Origin: Peptococcaceae bacterium
Lineage (GTDB): Bacteria; Bacillota; Dehalobacteriia; UBA4068; UBA4997
Length of the DNA stretch: 64,000 nucleotides
NCBI GenBank assembly: GCA_022797295.1
Contig: JAAWKH010000007.1
Location: forward strand, 1,338 to 65,337
Direction of reading: 5' to 3'
In this document: one piece after another, positions 60,533-64,000 of the stretch
How the letters are laid out: the number at the start of each line of letters is the position of its first letter
How positions within the stretch are numbered: the stretch's first letter is position 1
The notes under the pieces: model-generated
What the model saw: the letters and a program-made list of their open reading frames with translations, nothing else
Database searches by the model: none
Told to the model about the DNA's origin: nothing
Program-made: the position numbers and the translations under genes

Positions 60533-61966
60533 ATGAAAGACAAAAAGTTAGTCAGAATCATTGGCTTAGTGCTTTTCATCGGCTTGATTGCTTGGACAGT
60601 TTCCACAATCATGAACGCTCCGGTAGCTCCGAATCCAGACGATTTCGGTGGCGCAGAAGCACAAACTTATTTGGACGCCAAAGCTGCTTATGACGCAGAA
60701 ATCAAACATGGTCATGCCCTGTTGACCTTGGGCGCATTAGTGGTGGTAGCTTTCTTCTTCATTACTGAAGCAATTCCGATCGCTTTTGCAGCTATGGTTC
60801 TGCCCCCGTACTTCGCCATCTCCGGTATTATGACTATGAAAGATGCATATTCCGGCTTGATGGATTCCAACGTAATCCTGTTCGGTGGTATGTTCGTTGT
60901 TGGTGGCGCTATGTTCCAGACTGGTCTGGCGCAGAAAATTGGTCTTTCCGCCGTTAAGATTGCCGGCGGTTCTGAGAGCAAACTGTTGATTGCCGTTATG
61001 ATTATGACCGGCGCGATGTCTGCTTTCCTGTCCAACACCGGTACTGTTGCTGTATTGATGCCCGTTTGCTTGGGTATTGCTGACAGCCAGGGCTGGAACC
61101 GTGCCAAGATTTTGATGCCTCTGGCTATCATGGCTTCTTCCGGCGGTATGTGTACTCTGGTTGGTACCCCGCCGAACATCACTGCCAACACCACTTTGGT
61201 AAATGCAGGTTACGAAATTGGTTTCTTTGACTATGCTCTGTTTGGTCTGCCGGTTGCTATCATCTCCATCGTTTACATGATGCTGATTGGCAATCGTCTG
61301 ATCCCGGTTCGTCACTCTGACGTTGAAGTTGCTGATGAAGAATCCGGCAAAGTATATGACACCAAGAAACAGATTATCGCTGGCGCTGTTTTGGTTGGCG
61401 TAATCGTTTGCATGGTTACCAAGATTTTGGACCTGCACGACGCAGCTGTTGTTGGCGCTATCCTTTGCGTAGTTACCGGTTGTATGACAGAGAAAGAAGC
61501 TTACCAGTCCTTTGACTGGCAGACCATCTTCCTGTTTGCAGGCGCTTTGGGTCTGGCTACTGCTATGAAATCCACCGGCGCTGGCAAAATTTTGGCTGAC
61601 CAAGTTGTAGACATGATGGGCGGATCCCCGAACCCGATCGTACTGACTGCAGTACTGTTCGTGATTACTGGTCTGCTGACCCAGTTCATGTCCAACACCG
61701 CCGCAGCCGCGCTGCTGTGCCCGATTGGTTTGTCCATTGCCGAGTCTTTGGGCGCCAGCCCGACGGCCGTTGTATTGGCTATCGGCTTCTCCGCATCCGC
61801 AGCATATATGACCCCTGTAGCAACCCCGCCGAACACAATGATTTACGGTCCTGGTGGTTTGCAGTTTATGGACTATGTAAAAGTAGGTACACCATTGTTC
61901 ATCATCGTAATGATTATGGCATTGGTATTGATGCCTATTATCTGGCCTTTCTTCCCCAATGCTTAA
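60533..61966 (+). CDS. SLC13/DASS-family (ArsB/NhaD superfamily) anion permease.
   Basis: Start at MKDKKLV after an AAAGGAGG RBS. About 478 aa and polytopic, with two-fold repeat architecture and a central hydrophilic loop. Confidence 0.6.
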   Translation: MKDKKLVRIIGLVLFIGLIAWTVSTIMNAPVAPNPDDFGGAEAQTYLDAKAAYDAEIKHGHALLTLGALVVVAFFFITEAIPIAFAAMVLPPYFAISGIMTMKDAYSGLMDSNVILFGGMFVVGGAMFQTGLAQKIGLSAVKIAGGSESKLLIAVMIMTGAMSAFLSNTGTVAVLMPVCLGIADSQGWNRAKILMPLAIMASSGGMCTLVGTPPNITANTTLVNAGYEIGFFDYALFGLPVAIISIVYMMLIGNRLIPVRHSDVEVADEESGKVYDTKKQIIAGAVLVGVIVCMVTKILDLHDAAVVGAILCVVTGCMTEKEAYQSFDWQTIFLFAGALGLATAMKSTGAGKILADQVVDMMGGSPNPIVLTAVLFVITGLLTQFMSNTAAAALLCPIGLSIAESLGASPTAVVLAIGFSASAAYMTPVATPPNTMIYGPGGLQFMDYVKVGTPLFIIVMIMALVLMPIIWPFFPNA

Positions 61967-62002
61967 TATATAGGGAAACGATTGGACTTAGTTCAGTTAT
62001 TA

Positions 62003-62040
62003 AAAAAAACAGAGTGGCTTTGAGCCGCTCTGTTTTTTTT
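62003..62040 (+). terminator. Intrinsic terminator after the permease gene.
   Basis: AAAAAAAACAGAGTGGCTTTGAGCCGCTCTGTTTTTTTT. Confidence 0.8.
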
Positions 62041-62317
62041 CGCAACGTTTTTTAATTGAATCTTTTATTTTTTCTTATATCATCATCCATTCTTCCCAAA
62101 TGCTTAATATATAGAGGAACAACGGCTTTCGTTTTACTAACTTTTTTACTTGCAAACAAGCAAAAAAAGTAGTATAATACAACTTACAAAGAGCTGAAAC
62201 CCATCTTATTTAGGCGGTTAGCCCTCGGAATATAAAAACACGCCTGTGAACAGGTGTGTAGTTGAATGAATGAGGGATTGGGGCCCTCCTCACACACAAA
62301 GCGAGGAGGTGATGCTG

Positions 62318-62401
62318 ATGAGTTTTATGGAAGTCGCAACGTTTTTATTAGTACTTATAACGTTGGCAGATGTGATATTAACCCATTGCAAAAAGAAATA
62401 G
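62318..62401 (+). CDS. Small hydrophobic peptide (27 aa): MSFMEVATFLLVLITLADVILTHCKKK. Possibly a holin-like/type I toxin-like peptide.
   Basis: A GAGGAGGTG RBS lies 7 nt upstream. One TM helix plus a KKK tail. It is followed by the hairpin AATAGCCGCCCAGTACCAGTGGAAAACGGCTATT, and a related hairpin plus a ~55-bp repeat also occur at 59770-59870. Confidence 0.4.
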   Translation: MSFMEVATFLLVLITLADVILTHCKKK

Positions 62402-62819
62402 CCGCCCAGTACCAGTGGAAAACGGCTATTCTTTTAGCTAAAATTTCCAAGGGCTGACCCAATTTAAGAGGTCGGCTCTTTGTGTTTATATTATACCATA
62501 GAAAAATAAAAGATGCAACTAATTTTACAAACTTCATTATGGTATTGCTTCACAAGCAAATCAGCCCGCACTTTCAGCTTGGCTTCTTTGTTTATATCAT
62601 CATCCATTCTTCCCGAATGCTTAATATATAGGGGAACAACGGCTTTAATTCCGGTTATTCATGGTGCTAATTGCTAGTTATTCGCAAAAAAAATATGGAC
62701 TTTTTTCCTCAGCAGGTGTACAATATAATTATATAAAAAGCTTTTAACAACTTTTGCAAACCAACTATGGCAGGGGCTATGGTGATTATATGTAATTTGC
62801 TTGATTGGAGGTATCAGCT

Positions 62820-64000
62820 GTGATTAAAGATTATATTGCTCCTGCTGCTGCCCTGCGCAAATTAAAAAGTGCGCACACTCAGAGGCAAAATGTTTACATC
62901 TATGGAGCCAGCGGCTACGGCAAAACGGAGCTTGTCCAACAATTTTTAGCCAACCGCCCACACAAATATTTTTCTTTCAGTGATTTGGCAGGCAACATTA
63001 ACAAGCTGCCAGCCAACGACGAGGAAATCACCCTGGTGTTGGACCATTTACAGTTGCTCACCAGCGATTTGTTGCGGGAAAAAATCTTAAATTTATGTTA
63101 TTACAGAAAGGTTTGGTTAATTTTAATCAGCCGCAGCGCTTTGCCGCATTGGCTGCGCCCCAGCTATGTAAACCAGGGCTTCACCATCATCCACGAGGAG
63201 GATTTGCACCTGCGCGGCACGGAAATGGCCGCTTATCTGCAAACTCAGCAGCTAACCCTTTCCGAGGCGGAGCTGGTGCACCTGGAGGGCGCAACCGACG
63301 GCAACGCCTATGCCCTGCGCTATGCCTCCCTGCTGTTGCAGCAAGGCCACAAAATTGGGCCGGAGTTTTACTTGCAGGTTTGGGACGCTTACGCGGATTA
63401 TCTGGAAACATTTGTGTTCCCCAGCTGGGACAGCACTCTGCTGGAATTTCTAATGCAGCTGAGCATAACCAACGATTTTGATTTGGAGCTGGCCAAAATG
63501 ATTTCCGGCAACAGCCGCGCTGCCGCGCTGCTGGAGCACGCTCTGGAAACTGATAACCTGCTGCGCCAAAAAGGCGGCGTCTATCGCTTATCCCCCATCG
63601 CTCAGCAAGCCCTGCGCAGTTTGGGTGAAAAAAGGTTAGGCTCGGAGCGAATGAAAACCTACGCCTCGCGCGCCGCCCTCTATTATGAAATGCATGAGCA
63701 ATTTTTGCCCGCCCTGCGTATTTTAGACCATTGCGGCAAGGATGAACAAATCCGCAGCCTGCTTATTCGCAACGCCCACCTAACGCCTGGCAACGGCTAT
63801 TATTTTGAAATGCGCCAGTTTTACCTGCGCCTGACTGACAAGGAAATCACCGGCAACGTGGTGCTAATGGCTGGTATGAGCATGCTTTACTCCCTACTAT
63901 TGCAGCCAGAGGAAAGCGAGCTTTGGTATAAACGCCTGCGCCACCTGGCCGACAGCGCCGTCAACGGCCAAAAGCGCGAGGCATTAAGCCGCCTGGCCTA
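62820..64000 (+). CDS. MalT/LuxR-type large ATP-dependent transcriptional regulator, N-terminal part only (continues beyond the window end).
   Basis: GTG start 7 nt after GGAGGT. P-loop YIYGASGYGKTELV, followed by a long helical TPR-like region. The frame stays open to the window edge. Confidence 0.55.
   Translation, partial: MIKDYIAPAAALRKLKSAHTQRQNVYIYGASGYGKTELVQQFLANRPHKYFSFSDLAGNINKLPANDEEITLVLDHLQLLTSDLLREKILNLCYYRKVWLILISRSALPHWLRPSYVNQGFTIIHEEDLHLRGTEMAAYLQTQQLTLSEAELVHLEGATDGNAYALRYASLLLQQGHKIGPEFYLQVWDAYADYLETFVFPSWDSTLLEFLMQLSITNDFDLELAKMISGNSRAAALLEHALETDNLLRQKGGVYRLSPIAQQALRSLGEKRLGSERMKTYASRAALYYEMHEQFLPALRILDHCGKDEQIRSLLIRNAHLTPGNGYYFEMRQFYLRLTDKEITGNVVLMAGMSMLYSLLLQPEESELWYKRLRHLADSAVNGQKREALSRLA

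Overview
The window reads as a chromosomal segment of a moderately GC-rich Firmicute, probably a Clostridia-type organism given the SLH-domain cell-surface proteins. A GC-rich housekeeping core (roughly 10.1-38.5 kb and 48.8-58 kb) carries the complete F1F0 ATP synthase operon (atpI-B-E-F-H-A-G-D-C, minus strand), ridA, topB, an M18 aminopeptidase, Rrf2 and DtxR/MntR regulators, glnS, sbcCD, glmM, pckA, ndk, purA, a VanW protein, a BceAB-type ABC transporter, a GT51 transglycosylase, an SLC13 permease and two tRNA clusters (Arg-Ser-Ser on minus; Lys-Lys-Glu on plus). Lower-GC islands interrupt this core at about 1-2.2 kb, 5-10.1 kb and 38.5-48.8 kb. The islands hold a sigma/anti-sigma/secreted-protein operon, two very large SLH-domain surface proteins (1764 aa with Big_2 repeats; 1010 aa S-layer-like), an Abi_2 abortive-infection gene and three tandem paralogous membrane proteins.

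The most striking content is a nine-member family of Fst/par-like type I toxin-antitoxin cassettes. Each has a 29-42 aa hydrophobic peptide ORF ending in a conserved ISYYIIKWLD motif plus basic residues, driven by a TGnTATAAT promoter and a GGAGGTG RBS. Each also has a convergently transcribed antisense sRNA with a near-perfect TTGACA-N17/18-TATAAT promoter, and the two transcripts share a bidirectional intrinsic terminator. The cassettes form a six-copy tandem array at 39.1-41.7 kb, a pair (one copy disrupted) at 45.85-46.56 kb on the other flank of the S-layer gene, and a singleton at 9.8-10.1 kb next to the Abi gene. In every cassette the toxin translation-initiation region and the complementary segment of its antisense RNA co-vary.

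Other points of interest are a PepSY/Cu-amine-oxidase-N protein with a fourfold Cys/His-rich C-terminal repeat, a split double-activase/DUF2229 pair, and small structured repeat elements. No CRISPR array, rRNA or obvious transposase was seen.
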